Of a DNA stretch of 64,000 bases, positions 46,953-59,961 are shown piece by piece. Numbering within the stretch: position 1 is the first letter of the stretch; each line of letters starts with the position of its first letter. The stretch is taken from positions 736,001 to 800,000 of the forward strand of contig CAVUDW010000002.1 of the NCBI GenBank assembly GCA_963740355.1. The letters run 5' to 3'. The notes under the pieces are model-generated. The model worked only from the letters and a program-made list of their open reading frames with translations. It was not told where the DNA came from and did not search any database. The translations under genes were made by a program, and so were the position numbers. This DNA comes from an uncultured Gemmatimonadaceae bacterium (lineage in GTDB: Bacteria > Gemmatimonadota > Gemmatimonadetes > Gemmatimonadales > Gemmatimonadaceae).

Positions 46953-49694
46953 TCACCGCCCGTGAAGCAGCGCGCGGCCCCGTGGTTCGCGCTCCAGTAC
47001 CGCAAAATCCCGGAACGCCGACTCCGCCAACCAGGGATAGTGCTCGATGCCATGATCGACCGCACTAGCCAGGAAGGTCAACGCCGACTCGGTCTTGCCG
47101 TTGATCGCAGCGATGCGCGCACAAAAGGCGAGGTGCTCGCCAATCTCGGTTGGGCCGGCGGGACCAAGCCACCGTTCGGCGGCGGCTTGGTCCTTCCGGC
47201 GCGCTGCGACGATCGCTGCCAACCCTCGGTACTCGATTCGGTCTGGGTAGTCTCTCGCCAGCGACTCGAAGTAGGGACGCGCCGCGTCGTAGCGCCCGAG
47301 GTCGTAGTAGACGCTGCCGAGCCAGTAGCGATGTGACCGGTCGTTGGGCGCGGCGATCAGGCGCTCCCTGAGCCATGTGATCGCGCGCGCCGCGTACCGT
47401 CGCCCCGCCGCTTCGTTACCGCGACGCATCAGCTCCTCGGATGCGACCACCAATGCGGCGCCCTGTGACCAGTAGACATCCGGTGGCAGCGATTGCCACG
47501 CCACCAGCGACGAGTCGAGCGCGCGTAGCTCGCCCAACGATGCGAGTGCGCGCGCCTGCAGCACCGTGGCCACGCGTCGATCGGGGAATCGTCGCTGGAG
47601 TTCGCGCGCGTCGGCGAGTTCCGCGAGATGATCGCCAATCAGGTAGTCGACATGCGCGCGCTGCGTCCAGTAGGGGCTCCAGCCCCGCAGTTCACCACGA
47701 TTCGGATCCATGCGCAGCAGTTGATCACGGGCTGCACTCACATACCCAGCGCTCAGGAGCGCCACGGCGTGCTCGAACCCGGCGCGGGAATTCGGTGCCA
47801 GCGCTGCCGCACGCGCAATCGCGGTGCGGGCAGCCGTGCCGTCACCCAGCAGACGCGCTTCGATGTACCGCAGTGAGGCGTCCTGGAAGGCACCAGGCGT
47901 CACGGTGCCGCTCGCGGCCCGCGCACGACGCGCCAGCGCGCCAGCTTGCGGGAGGGAGTCGGTGTTCAGCGCCGCACGAGCGCCCCAGAGCGCCGCCGCG
48001 CCGAACGTCGAGTCACGATCGAAGGCCTCGCGAAATTGTGCGAGTGCAGCCGTGTACTTCTGCGCGAAGAAGGCATCCAGTCCCGCATTGAACGCTTCAT
48101 ACGCCGGATATGACGGCGGATTTCTGGTTTGCCCCGGAATCGATGCCATCGTCTCGTCACGCGCCGACGCCACTGCGCCCATCACGCGATCACGCAACTG
48201 CGACACCGCATCCTCCGGCCGCGAGATCGGCACGACGATCGGAGCGAGCGCGGACACCAGCTCACCGCTCCGTGTGTCCACGAGTTGTGCTTGCAGGTGC
48301 AGTGAGTCGCGCACGCGGTAGTAGCTGCCGGTGACGACTGTGCCGGCCAGCGTTTCGTCCTTCAACGTGGTCACGATCGACGCATCGGTGGCGGCGGCGT
48401 GTTCCGAAGCGAGCAGCGCTCCCGACCAGGGCACAACCTTCGCAACGCCGAGTCGCTGCAGCCCATCGGTCACCCAATCGCCAGCGAAACGACCGAGCAC
48501 GGTGAGTGAGGTGTCACCCGTCTCGTTGCGCAGGACCGAGACGGCGACCGGTTCCGCGAGTGCGACCGGTGGTACTTGTCTCGCGGCGCGCACGGCGAAC
48601 ACGCCTGCGAGAAGGGCAGCGCTGACAGTCGCGCCTGTGAGGAATCGATGCGTGCCTGTTTGCCACGGTGCGGCGCGCGGTCGCGGTGCCGCGCGTTTCG
48701 CGTCCATCCGCTCCAGAACTGAGTGCATGTCGACCGGTCGCGACGCCGGATCCATCGCTAGACAGTCGAGCAGCAGCGCCACCATGTGCGCCGGCAGGCC
48801 TGCGCGCCGTGCCAGCTCGCGTCGCGCGACGGCCTGCGGCTCCCCGGCCGGCAGCGGCGCACCGGTGAGCAACTCAGCACCGAGGACACCCCACGCGAAG
48901 ATATCGGCGCGCGCGTCGACCGCGGCAGCGGAGTACGTCTGTTCCGGCGCCATGTATCGTCGCGTGCCGAGGGCAAAGCCGGGGGCCGTGATGCCGGTCG
49001 ACTCGAAGGAGTCGCTGCCCAGCTTCGCGATGCCGAAGTCGAGCAGGTATGCGTGACCTGAGGCGAGCAACACATTCTCCGGCTTCAAGTCGCGATGGAT
49101 CACGCCTGATCTGTGCGCACAGTCGAGTGCGAGTGCAATGTCGCGCAGAATCCTGGGCGCGGATGCCAGCGACGGACGCTCCACTTGCAACTCATCGCGC
49201 AGGCTGCGTCCCTCCATCCACGGCATCACGTAGTAGAGGAATCCAGCCGCGTCGCCCGAGTCGATCAGCGGGACGATGTTCGGGTGTGCAAGGGTGGCTG
49301 CGATGTGCACTTCGCGCTGAAAGCGCTCCTTCCCGCACAACTGCGCGATGAGCGGATTCAGCACCTTCAGCACGACCTCGCGATCGTGCTTGCGTTCACG
49401 CGCCAGGAAGACGGTTGCCATGCCGCCACGGCCGATTTCACGCAGCACCTCGTACCGTGACTCGAGGGCGGCCGCCATGGCGCGTTCGACGTCCGGCGGT
49501 GTTGCGGCATGCGGCGACTGCTCGAGGATGCCCTGCGCACTCCGTGAGGCGTTCAGCAGCAGCAGTGCTTCGCCTTCGAGCGCATCATCACCGGCGCAGA
49601 ACGCCTCGAGCCATCGCGTGCGATCTTCTTCCGGTTGATCCAGCGCTGCGTCGAAAGCTGCGAGCGCCCGTGCAGAGAGCGACGCATCGTTCAC
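46953..49694 (-). CDS. ECF-associated Ser/Thr protein kinase with TM and helical/TPR-like C-terminus
   Basis: N-terminal FDAALD...R..WL...CAGD cap; IGRGGMATV, HRDLKPEN, DFGIAK, YMAPEQ; TM; VAVSVLRNETGD; GTGA overlap with the ECF gene. Confidence 0.9.
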   Translation of the reverse strand: MNDASLSARALAAFDAALDQPEEDRTRWLEAFCAGDDALEGEALLLLNASRSAQGILEQSPHAATPPDVERAMAAALESRYEVLREIGRGGMATVFLARERKHDREVVLKVLNPLIAQLCGKERFQREVHIAATLAHPNIVPLIDSGDAAGFLYYVMPWMEGRSLRDELQVERPSLASAPRILRDIALALDCAHRSGVIHRDLKPENVLLASGHAYLLDFGIAKLGSDSFESTGITAPGFALGTRRYMAPEQTYSAAAVDARADIFAWGVLGAELLTGAPLPAGEPQAVARRELARRAGLPAHMVALLLDCLAMDPASRPVDMHSVLERMDAKRAAPRPRAAPWQTGTHRFLTGATVSAALLAGVFAVRAARQVPPVALAEPVAVSVLRNETGDTSLTVLGRFAGDWVTDGLQRLGVAKVVPWSGALLASEHAAATDASIVTTLKDETLAGTVVTGSYYRVRDSLHLQAQLVDTRSGELVSALAPIVVPISRPEDAVSQLRDRVMGAVASARDETMASIPGQTRNPPSYPAYEAFNAGLDAFFAQKYTAALAQFREAFDRDSTFGAAALWGARAALNTDSLPQAGALARRARAASGTVTPGAFQDASLRYIEARLLGDGTAARTAIARAAALAPNSRAGFEHAVALLSAGYVSAARDQLLRMDPNRGELRGWSPYWTQRAHVDYLIGDHLAELADARELQRRFPDRRVATVLQARALASLGELRALDSSLVAWQSLPPDVYWSQGAALVVASEELMRRGNEAAGRRYAARAITWLRERLIAAPNDRSHRYWLGSVYYDLGRYDAARPYFESLARDYPDRIEYRGLAAIVAARRKDQAAAERWLGPAGPTEIGEHLAFCARIAAINGKTESALTFLASAVDHGIEHYPWLAESAFRDFAVLEREPRGRALLHGR

Positions 49695-50287
49695 GACGCA
49701 GGCTCCGTGGCGTAGAGTTGACGATACAACCATGCGCGCGCCTTGACCCAGTCGCGCTGCACGGTGCGGGTGGTGACCGCGAGAGCACTGGCGGTTTCTT
49801 CTTCGGTGAATCCGGCCAGGTAGCGGTACTCGACAACCTGACGCAGCCGTGGCTCGAAACTTCCCAGTTTCTCGAGTGCGTCGAACAGTTCGAGCAGATC
49901 CTCCGGGGATGCCGCGCCCGACTCGGCTGACTCGTCGAGTGTCACGCGACGAGCGCCAGCGCCACGCTTGTCGGCCATCCGGCGTCGCGCATGATCGATG
50001 AGGACGAACCGCATCGCGCGGATGGTGAGACCGAGGAAGTGCGCACGATCGGTGGCGGGCAGGGCCTGCGCGCCGTCTGTCGCGTCGAGTCCCAGTCGCA
50101 TCCACGCTTCATGCACGAGGTCGGATGGATTCAGCGTGTGCCCCGCGCGCTCGGACGACAGCATGCGCGCGGCCGCACGTCGCAGTTCCTCGTATACCAG
50201 CGGAAACAGCTGCTCTTCAGCGTGTGAATCGCCGTTGCGCAAGGCGGCAAGGAGCTGGGTGACGTCGGTCGGTTGAGTCTGGTTCAT
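49691..50287 (-). CDS. ECF sigma factor of the kinase-associated type (TIGR02999-like)
   Basis: DVTQLL, LFPLVYEELRRAA, HTLNPSDLVHEAWMRL, LIDHARRR..KRG, TVQRDWVKARAWL. Confidence 0.92.
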   Translation of the reverse strand: MNQTQPTDVTQLLAALRNGDSHAEEQLFPLVYEELRRAAARMLSSERAGHTLNPSDLVHEAWMRLGLDATDGAQALPATDRAHFLGLTIRAMRFVLIDHARRRMADKRGAGARRVTLDESAESGAASPEDLLELFDALEKLGSFEPRLRQVVEYRYLAGFTEEETASALAVTTRTVQRDWVKARAWLYRQLYATEPAS

Positions 50288-50402
50288 GTGTGTGCTGTCG
50301 TAACCCTGACAGGAACTGCGCAGAGGGAGGTACACGTGGTCGTGTGGATCAGTGCCCAAGTGGGACGATGCGCGACCCCAACTCCCTGCAGGCCTCATGC
50401 CC

Positions 50403-51230
50403 ATGCACAGCGCACCATCTCTCACGTCTCTGACGTCACATCTCAGCCCAAGGTTTCTCGCTTCGTTTGCGGTCGAATGTCTGACACTCTTCGCTTCCGG
50501 TTCGATGTTGGTGGCACAGCAGCCCTCGTCAGGCGCTGCACGAGTAGCGATCGTGGCATACAGCGCACCGAGCATCGTCACTGTCCCTCCAGCCCGTCGG
50601 ATCGGACCACGCATCCATCGGGAGATTGGGACGTCCAACGCGCTGGCGAATCGCTTCTTCGACGAAGGCTTATCGCTGCATTACGCCTATCGTCACTCGG
50701 AGGCCGTGGCAGCATTCCGCGAAGCGCAACGCCGTGACCCGCGGTGCGTGATGTGCCTGCTTGGCGAGACGATTGCACTCGGGCCCACGATCGCGGGGCC
50801 GGTGTCGGCTACAGCGGCGGTCGAGGCCCGCGATGCCATTCGGAGAGCAGGGTTACTCGTGCGCGCAGGCGTCGGCAGCGTCAGCGATGCGGCATGGCTG
50901 CGCGCGGTATCTGCACGCCATGAATCCACCGGGATTGCGTCTCGTGCGGCCCTCGACTCGGCGTATGCGCGTGCGATGGGCGCACTGGCCGATGGAAATC
51001 CGATGGATGCCGACGCACAGACGTTGGCAGCTGAAGCGGACATGATCCTCACGCCGTACGACTACTGGTCGCCGTCGGGGGCTGCGCTACCTGCAACGCA
51101 GCGTGTGCTGGTGCGGCTTCGGCAGGCCATGCGCGTGGCGCCTGGGCATCATGGCGCGTGCTTCCTGTTCGTGCACGTGATGGAGTCGGTGCAGCCGGGT
51201 GTGCGGTGCGCTGAGGGCGCTGATCGTTGA
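50403..51230 (+). CDS. TPR-like hypothetical protein, apparently C-terminally truncated
   Basis: RFFDEGL..HYAYRHSEAVAAFREAQRRDPRCVMC...ALGP, DADAQTLAAEA, PGHHGA..FVHVME resemble the N-half of a longer secreted TPR family; start uncertain. Confidence 0.6.
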   Translation: MHSAPSLTSLTSHLSPRFLASFAVECLTLFASGSMLVAQQPSSGAARVAIVAYSAPSIVTVPPARRIGPRIHREIGTSNALANRFFDEGLSLHYAYRHSEAVAAFREAQRRDPRCVMCLLGETIALGPTIAGPVSATAAVEARDAIRRAGLLVRAGVGSVSDAAWLRAVSARHESTGIASRAALDSAYARAMGALADGNPMDADAQTLAAEADMILTPYDYWSPSGAALPATQRVLVRLRQAMRVAPGHHGACFLFVHVMESVQPGVRCAEGADR

Positions 51231-51363
51231 CCCTGACCGCTGACGATGGCGACGCAGGGAGTATGTGGCGCGAGGGCGCCCTCTGGGGGCTGCAAACGAC
51301 AAAGGGGAGCCAATCTGGCTCCCCTTCCTGCATCCGGCACAGCGCATCCAAGCGGTCCAACAA

Positions 51364-51437
<74 letters not shown>

Positions 51438-51473
51438 AAACCAGTAAGCATTTCTGACCTGACTGCGACTGCA

Positions 51474-51547
51474 TGCGCCCGGAGAGACTCGAACTCCCAA
51501 CCTTCTGATCCGTAGTCAGATGCTCTATCCAATTGAGCTACGAGCGC
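51474..51547 (-). tRNA. tRNA-Arg(ACG)
   Basis: GCGCTCGTAGCTCAATTGGATAGAGC...CT-ACG-GA...AGTTCGAGTCT...GGGCGCA. Confidence 0.96.
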
Positions 51548-51575
51548 GTTCTGTCACTTTGGGGACAGGCCGATC

Positions 51576-51604
51576 AAACTAGGCGAGTTCGGCTGGGAGG
51601 TCAA
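51576..51604 (-). promoter_or_regulatory. Sigma70-type promoter for tRNA-Arg/tRNA-Pro
   Basis: Minus strand TTGACC-N17-TAGTTT. Confidence 0.6.
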
Positions 51605-51689
51605 CCCGAACCGCACTGCAGTCTCGAGATCGCGGCGAGCGGCCTTAACGGCGGCTGTTGCGTCGCGGAGCATCGGGAACTGCAATGAG

Positions 51690-51868
51690 GGGGAGGCCAC
51701 GGAGCTCACGGAGTGCGACCGCCGCAGCGCTCCGCGCATCGCGGCGCCTAGACGGCGTGAGGGAGGAGCATGGCGCGCGGCAACCCGAGGCAACGCCACC
51801 CTCTCCTTCAAAGTCGCGCTGCACGGCAGCTGGCTCCTGGAGCACTCCGTGAGCTCCGTGGCCTCCCC
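51690..51868. repeat. Perfect 27-bp inverted repeat (REPIN/MITE-like)
   Basis: GGGGAGGCCACGGAGCTCACGGAGTGC (51690-51716) and exact reverse complement (51842-51868). Confidence 0.88.
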
Positions 51869-51974
51869 TCCATTGCGGTTGCTGTTCGCCGCGCCCGAGG
51901 CAGATGCCGGCAATGTGTGCACTGTCACCGGATTGGCGGGAACGAAAATCGGGCCCCGGTTTCCCAGGGCCCGA

Positions 51975-52048
51975 TGAGCGGTACAAGACTCGAACTTGTG
52001 ACCTCCACGATGTCAACGTGGCGCTCTAACCAACTGAGCTAACCGCCC
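51975..52048 (-). tRNA. tRNA-Val(GAC)
   Basis: GGGCGGTTAGCTCAGTTGGTTAGAGC...TT-GAC-AT...AGTTCGAGTCT...ACCGCTCA. Confidence 0.96.
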
Positions 52049-52088
52049 GACAACAGCGCGTGCTGACCTCACACTGTGTTCCAGCAAG

Positions 52089-52161
52089 AGCGGGAAACGG
52101 GACTCGAACCCGCGACCCCAACCTTGGCAAGGTTGTGCTCTACCAACTGAGCTATTCCCGC
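52089..52161 (-). tRNA. tRNA-Gly(GCC)
   Basis: GCGGGAATAGCTCAGTTGGTAGAGC...TT-GCC-AA...GGTTCGAGTCC...TTCCCGCT. Confidence 0.97.
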
Positions 52162-52217
52162 AACTTTTCCTCATCCTTCCGGCCGGCGAAGCAAGCTCGG
52201 CCGAACCGTCCCGTCAA

Positions 52218-52290
<73 letters not shown>

Positions 52291-52354
52291 GGGACTGCCG
52301 CACGCAGGACTGCCGTACGCCCACGACGTCACAGCAAGTCGTCAGGAACCGCAA

Positions 52355-52383
52355 AGGGTAGCCGGGAGTAGGATGACTGTCAA
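52355..52383 (-). promoter_or_regulatory. Sigma70-type promoter for tRNA-Ala/Gly/Val
   Basis: Minus strand TTGACA-N17-TACCCT. Confidence 0.7.
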
Positions 52384-52440
52384 GGCAAAGCATGAGGAAT
52401 TGCCACAATTCCACTGGCGAAAATCGACATTTCGCATAGA

Positions 52441-52457
52441 TTGCAAGGCTAACGCCA
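52441..52457 (-). promoter_or_regulatory. Candidate sigma54 promoter upstream of the tRNA cluster
   Basis: Minus strand TGGCGTTAGCCTTGCAA = TGGC-N7-TTGCA. Confidence 0.45.
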
Positions 52458-52666
52458 TGCCGTCCGGGTGGCGCAGGGAGTCGCTCCGGCAACCCTCTGG
52501 CCAGACCGTGCGTTGCTGAGAAGCACCGAGGAGCTCACTCCCTGGTGCCTCGCAGAAACGAAGATGCTGCGACTCGGCGCCGTTCCGGCGCTCGTGCACA
52601 TCGGGATCGCTCGCGCCCCCGACTTGCACTTCCAATTCGCGAGTTCCGACTGAGGTTTTTCAATAC

Positions 52667-53554
52667 ATGGCAGACGTGAAGCGCCGGCGCCGCAAGGCGA
52701 CGCCTGCGGGGATCGCCCCGACGGAGCCCGAACGCGACATCCTCGATCAATACCTCTATGAAGTCAGCACCTATCCGCTGCTCAAGGGGACCGAAGAAAT
52801 CGAGCTGGCGCGAAAGATCCGTGCTGGGGACCCTGATGCTCTTCAGGAGTTGGTGAAGCGAAATCTCCGCTTCGTCATCTCTGTTGCCAAGAAGTACCAG
52901 AACCGTGGCCTCCCGCTGATCGACCTGATCGGCGAAGGCAACGTTGGTCTGCTCACGGCCGCCCGAAAGTTCGATCCAGATCAGGGCGTCAAGTTCATCT
53001 CGTACGCCGTCTGGTGGATCCGACAGGCCATCCTCTCGTCCCTCGCTCGTCAGGGACGCACGGTGCGTGTGCCGCTCAACCGCACGGCCGATCTCTCCCG
53101 CATCATCAAGGCCTCGGAAATCCTGCGGCAGAAGCTGCGGCGTGAACCGAGTCCGGAAGAACTCGCGCAGCTCACCGGGCTCTCGGTGGATGTCGTGCAG
53201 TCGCTCGCCGCGCTCAACACCGGCGACGTCCGTCTCGATGCCCCGATGGATCCGGAAGGCGATCGCTCGCTGATCGAACGCTTCGTGGCCGACGAAATGC
53301 CGGACACGGAAGAGGAGGCCATGAACCGCTTCCTCAACGACGAAATCGAGCAGGCACTGAACACGCTGCCGCCGCGCGACGCGAAAGTCCTCCGCCTGTA
53401 CTTCGGGCTCGAAGGCGGACGCGAGCACACGCTCGAGGAAATCGGCTCCATGCTCGGCGTCACCCGCGAACGTGTGCGACAGTTGCGCGACCGCGCACTG
53501 AAGCGCCTGCGCGAAGGTGATGTCGGACGTGCGCTGGGGTCGTTCGCGGCCTGA
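52667..53554 (+). CDS. Sigma70-family factor, short RpoD/SigA type lacking region 1.1
   Basis: NLRFVISVAKKYQNRGL..DLIGEGNVGL, KFISYAVWWIRQAI, RTVRVPLN, TLEEIG..LGVTRERVRQ. Confidence 0.93.
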   Translation: MADVKRRRRKATPAGIAPTEPERDILDQYLYEVSTYPLLKGTEEIELARKIRAGDPDALQELVKRNLRFVISVAKKYQNRGLPLIDLIGEGNVGLLTAARKFDPDQGVKFISYAVWWIRQAILSSLARQGRTVRVPLNRTADLSRIIKASEILRQKLRREPSPEELAQLTGLSVDVVQSLAALNTGDVRLDAPMDPEGDRSLIERFVADEMPDTEEEAMNRFLNDEIEQALNTLPPRDAKVLRLYFGLEGGREHTLEEIGSMLGVTRERVRQLRDRALKRLREGDVGRALGSFAA

Positions 53555-53581
53555 TCGGCGCCGGTTTTCCGAAACACATCA

Positions 53582-53612
53582 GGGGGCAGCCGGTGGTTTG
53601 CGGCTGCCCCTT
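53582..53612 (+). terminator. Hairpin after the sigma factor gene
   Basis: GGGGCAGCCG-loop-CGGCTGCCCC-TTGT. Confidence 0.6.
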
Positions 53613-53692
53613 GTCGTATTCTCACTCCTGACGATGCGGTCTGCACGATCACGCTCCCGCCTCCCCACGCTGCCCCTGAATCACGCGCTCTG

Positions 53693-54436
53693 ATGATCGA
53701 ACTGAAGGACGTCCACAAGGCTTTCGGACCCAAGCGCGTGCTGGCCGGCTTCAACCTCACGGTGAACGAGGGAGAAACCATGGTCATCATCGGCTTCTCC
53801 GGCACCGGCAAGTCGGTGGCGATCAAGCACATGGTCGGCCTGCTGCGCCCCGATTCGGGAAGCGTCAAGGTCGATGGCCTCGAAGTGCCAAAGTTGAACC
53901 GCAAGGAACTGACGGCACTCCGCGCCAAGATCGGCTACGTCTTCCAGTTCGCGGCGCTGTTCGATTCCCTGACCGTCGGCGAGAACGTGGCCATGGGCCT
54001 GCGCAAGCAAGGCCTGCTGTCGAGCGCTGAGATCACTGCACGGGTTGCTGAAGCGCTCGATCTCGTCGACCTGCCAGGCACCGAATCGCGCTTTCCGGCG
54101 GAGCTGTCCGGCGGCATGCGCAAGCGTGTGGGCATTGCCCGGGCCATCGCGCTGCGGCCGAAGTACATCCTTTACGATGAGCCGACCACCGGCCTCGATC
54201 CCGTCACGAGTGCCGTCATCGACGAGTTGATGGTGCGCATGCGCGACCGCCTCGGTGTGACTGGCATCGTCATCACGCATGACATGCGCAGCGCGTATCG
54301 CGTCGGCACCCGCATTGCGATGCTCTATGAAGGCACGGTGCGGCAGGTCGGCACCGTCGACGAAATCCAGCATACCAAGGATCCGGTCGTGCGTCAGTTC
54401 ATCGAAGGGCGCGCGGAAATGGATCCCGCCGCGTAA
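53693..54436 (+). CDS. ABC transporter ATPase, MlaF/Mkl family
   Basis: GFSGTGKS, VFQFAALFDSLTV.ENV, LSGGMRKRV, LYDEPTTGLDP, ITHD, DPVVRQF. Confidence 0.9.
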   Translation: MIELKDVHKAFGPKRVLAGFNLTVNEGETMVIIGFSGTGKSVAIKHMVGLLRPDSGSVKVDGLEVPKLNRKELTALRAKIGYVFQFAALFDSLTVGENVAMGLRKQGLLSSAEITARVAEALDLVDLPGTESRFPAELSGGMRKRVGIARAIALRPKYILYDEPTTGLDPVTSAVIDELMVRMRDRLGVTGIVITHDMRSAYRVGTRIAMLYEGTVRQVGTVDEIQHTKDPVVRQFIEGRAEMDPAA

Positions 54437-54452
54437 GGGTGCGTCCACCGCC

Positions 54453-54998
54453 ATGACCACTCCCGTCGATGCACGTCGTGAAGTCTCCGCCGGTGGCGTG
54501 GTCTACCGCGTGGTGGACGATGTACCCGTGTACCTGCTGATTCGCGACAGCTATCGCAACTGGGGATTTCCCAAGGGGCATCTCGAGTGCGACGAAGAAG
54601 CGCCGGATGCCGCGGTGCGCGAGGTGCAGGAAGAGACGGGCCTGCCGACGGTCACGCTGCGTGCCGAAATCGATACCATCGATTGGTTCTTTCGCTTTCG
54701 GGGCAAGCTCGTACACAAGATCTGTCACTTCTTCCTGATGGAGACGGATTGCTCGGCCACCTTGCCGCAACGCGAGGAAGGCATCACGGCCTGCCGATGG
54801 GCGAAGTACGATGAGGCCCGTTCGCTGCTGGCTTACGAGAATGCGCGCGTCGTGTTGGAGCGTGCGCACGAGATCATCCGCACCAAGGCGATCGCCGCAC
54901 ACGACACACGTGTCGCGCACACGGAAGCGCCGACCTGCGCAACACTGAATGCGGATCAACGCGCACCTGACGACGAGCCGTCGGCCGAGGCGCCCTGA
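54453..54998 (+). CDS. NUDIX hydrolase (Ap4A-hydrolase-like)
   Basis: EVSAGGVV, WGFPKGHLE..E....AAVREVQEETGL Nudix box. Confidence 0.9.
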   Translation: MTTPVDARREVSAGGVVYRVVDDVPVYLLIRDSYRNWGFPKGHLECDEEAPDAAVREVQEETGLPTVTLRAEIDTIDWFFRFRGKLVHKICHFFLMETDCSATLPQREEGITACRWAKYDEARSLLAYENARVVLERAHEIIRTKAIAAHDTRVAHTEAPTCATLNADQRAPDDEPSAEAP

Positions 54999-55069
54999 GC
55001 GTCAGTAGCACCCGCGGGCCGCCGCGTGGGTTCGCCGTTCCGCTGCGTGGTGCTGCGGCCCCCGCCACC

Positions 55070-55900
55070 GTGCTGCTGCTCTGCACCACGCGCGAACGGC
55101 CGCGACAGATGCTCGCCCGTGCGTTCCCGCGCGGACGGGCGCAGATCGTCGTGGTGCGAGACGCCGACGGCATCGACTCGGCACTCCGGACGACGCTGGT
55201 GGATGCGATCGTCGTCGACCTGTTGCCTGGCACGGCGGCGTCGGTTGGGTGGCGCGCCGTGGAACATGCCACGCGACACGCACCCATTCCTGCCGTCGGC
55301 CTGATCGCGCCGCGGGCGCTCGACGCCGCGCTGCTGGCGCGACTGCACGACGCCGGTATCGCCACCATCCTCGTGGATGGGGTGGATGACGCGATGATAC
55401 GCGTGCTGCTCCAGCCCGTGCTGCTGGCCACGCGCTTCACGATCCGCGCCGACATCCTGCTGGATTCGCATGGGGTCGGGCCACTGGCTGGGGCGGTCTG
55501 GCGGACGGGGGTGTCCCACGTTGGCCGCCTCACCTCGGTCGCCACCGTGGCCCGGCTGCTCGGGCTGAGTCGCGAGCACCTTGCCCGCTCGCTGCATGCG
55601 GCAGGCGCCCCGGGGCCCAAACAGCTGCTGGAACTGGTGCGCCTGCTGGTGGTCCAGACCCAGCTGTCGGCCGGGGTGCCCGTGGCCGTCGCGGCTGAAC
55701 GGTTGGGCTACAGCTCGGTTTCGCACCTCGCGCGAGCGGCCCGGACGGCCACGGGCATCACCCCCCGGAACTGGGGGGCGCTGACGGCCGAGGAGCTCAT
55801 CGAGGCGGCCATCGGGCGCAGCCGGCCGGCGCCGGCCGTTGCCGAACGACTTCCTGACAACGCAATCTCGTTACATTCGGCGTCCCCTCCACTTTCCTGA
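55070..55900 (+). CDS. AraC-type HTH regulator with degenerate receiver-like N-terminus
   Basis: VARLLGLSREHLARSL and AAERLGYSSVSHLARAARTATGITP; start uncertain. Confidence 0.7.
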   Translation: MLLLCTTRERPRQMLARAFPRGRAQIVVVRDADGIDSALRTTLVDAIVVDLLPGTAASVGWRAVEHATRHAPIPAVGLIAPRALDAALLARLHDAGIATILVDGVDDAMIRVLLQPVLLATRFTIRADILLDSHGVGPLAGAVWRTGVSHVGRLTSVATVARLLGLSREHLARSLHAAGAPGPKQLLELVRLLVVQTQLSAGVPVAVAAERLGYSSVSHLARAARTATGITPRNWGALTAEELIEAAIGRSRPAPAVAERLPDNAISLHSASPPLS

Positions 55901-56001
55901 CGTCCGGTGGGTTGCCTCTGTCGGGCTTTGTGATAATTTTCACAAGCTAGACCAGAACCGCTTCCGATCGTCTCCCACGACGTTTACCGACTGTCTGCCC
56001 A

Positions 56002-57585
<1,584 letters not shown>

Positions 57586-57614
57586 TTCCGCGCATCACGG
57601 CAGCCTGACGCACC

Positions 57615-58478
57615 ATGGCCAAGGGTCGCGAGCTCAAGGGACGGATCAAGTCCGTCGAGAACACGAAGAAGATCACGCGCACCATGGAAATGGTGGCGAC
57701 GTCGAAGATGAAGCGCGCCGTCGATCGTGTGGCGGCCGCGCGTCCCTACGCGGCGGCGCTGGCTGAAGTCATCGGCGATCTGTACTCGGATGAACTGGCG
57801 GAGCAGTTTCCGCTACTGCGTCAGCCGGCGCAGATGAAGCGTGTTGCACACATCATCCTCACCTCGAACCGCGGCTTGTGCGGTGGCTTCAACGCCAACC
57901 TGGTGAAGGAAGCACGCACGCAGCTGGCCGCGCTCGAACAGCGCGGCTTGCAGGTCGAGCTGCATGTCGTGGGCAAGAAGGGCATCGGCTACTTCAAGTA
58001 CGTCAATCGTGCGATGGCGACGCAGCGCATCGACATCAGTGATCGCCCAACGGCCGCTGATGCGTCGTCACTGGTCGACTCGTTGATGGCCCGCTTCATC
58101 AGCGGCGAGCTCGATGCGGTGTTCGTCACCAGCTCGAAGTTCAACTCCGCCATCTCGACGCCGCCGCAGACCACGCAGGTGTTGCCGGTGAAGCCGCCTT
58201 CGGGCGGTTCCCTGAAGCGCGACTACCTGCTGTCGCCGTCGGCGGAAGCGATCCTCACCGAATTGCTGCCGGCTTATGTCAGCAACTCCGTGTATCGCGC
58301 ATTGGTGGAGACGGTGGCGGCCGAGCAGGGCGCCCGTCGCACCGCGATGAAGAATGCGACCGACAACGCCAGTGACATGTTGAGTACCCTGCGCCGCACG
58401 TACAATCGTGCCCGTCAGGCGCAGATCACGCAGGAAATCGCCGAGATCGTCGGCGGTGCAGCAGCACTGCAAGGCTAG
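57615..58478 (+). CDS. atpG: F1 ATP synthase subunit gamma
   Basis: KITRTMEMVATSK, RGLCGGFN, AMKNATDNA, RQAQITQEIAEIVGGA. Confidence 0.98.
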   Translation: MAKGRELKGRIKSVENTKKITRTMEMVATSKMKRAVDRVAAARPYAAALAEVIGDLYSDELAEQFPLLRQPAQMKRVAHIILTSNRGLCGGFNANLVKEARTQLAALEQRGLQVELHVVGKKGIGYFKYVNRAMATQRIDISDRPTAADASSLVDSLMARFISGELDAVFVTSSKFNSAISTPPQTTQVLPVKPPSGGSLKRDYLLSPSAEAILTELLPAYVSNSVYRALVETVAAEQGARRTAMKNATDNASDMLSTLRRTYNRARQAQITQEIAEIVGGAAALQG

Positions 58479-58491
58479 TACGCACCACTGA

Positions 58492-59960
<1,469 letters not shown>

Positions 59961-59961
<1 letters not shown>

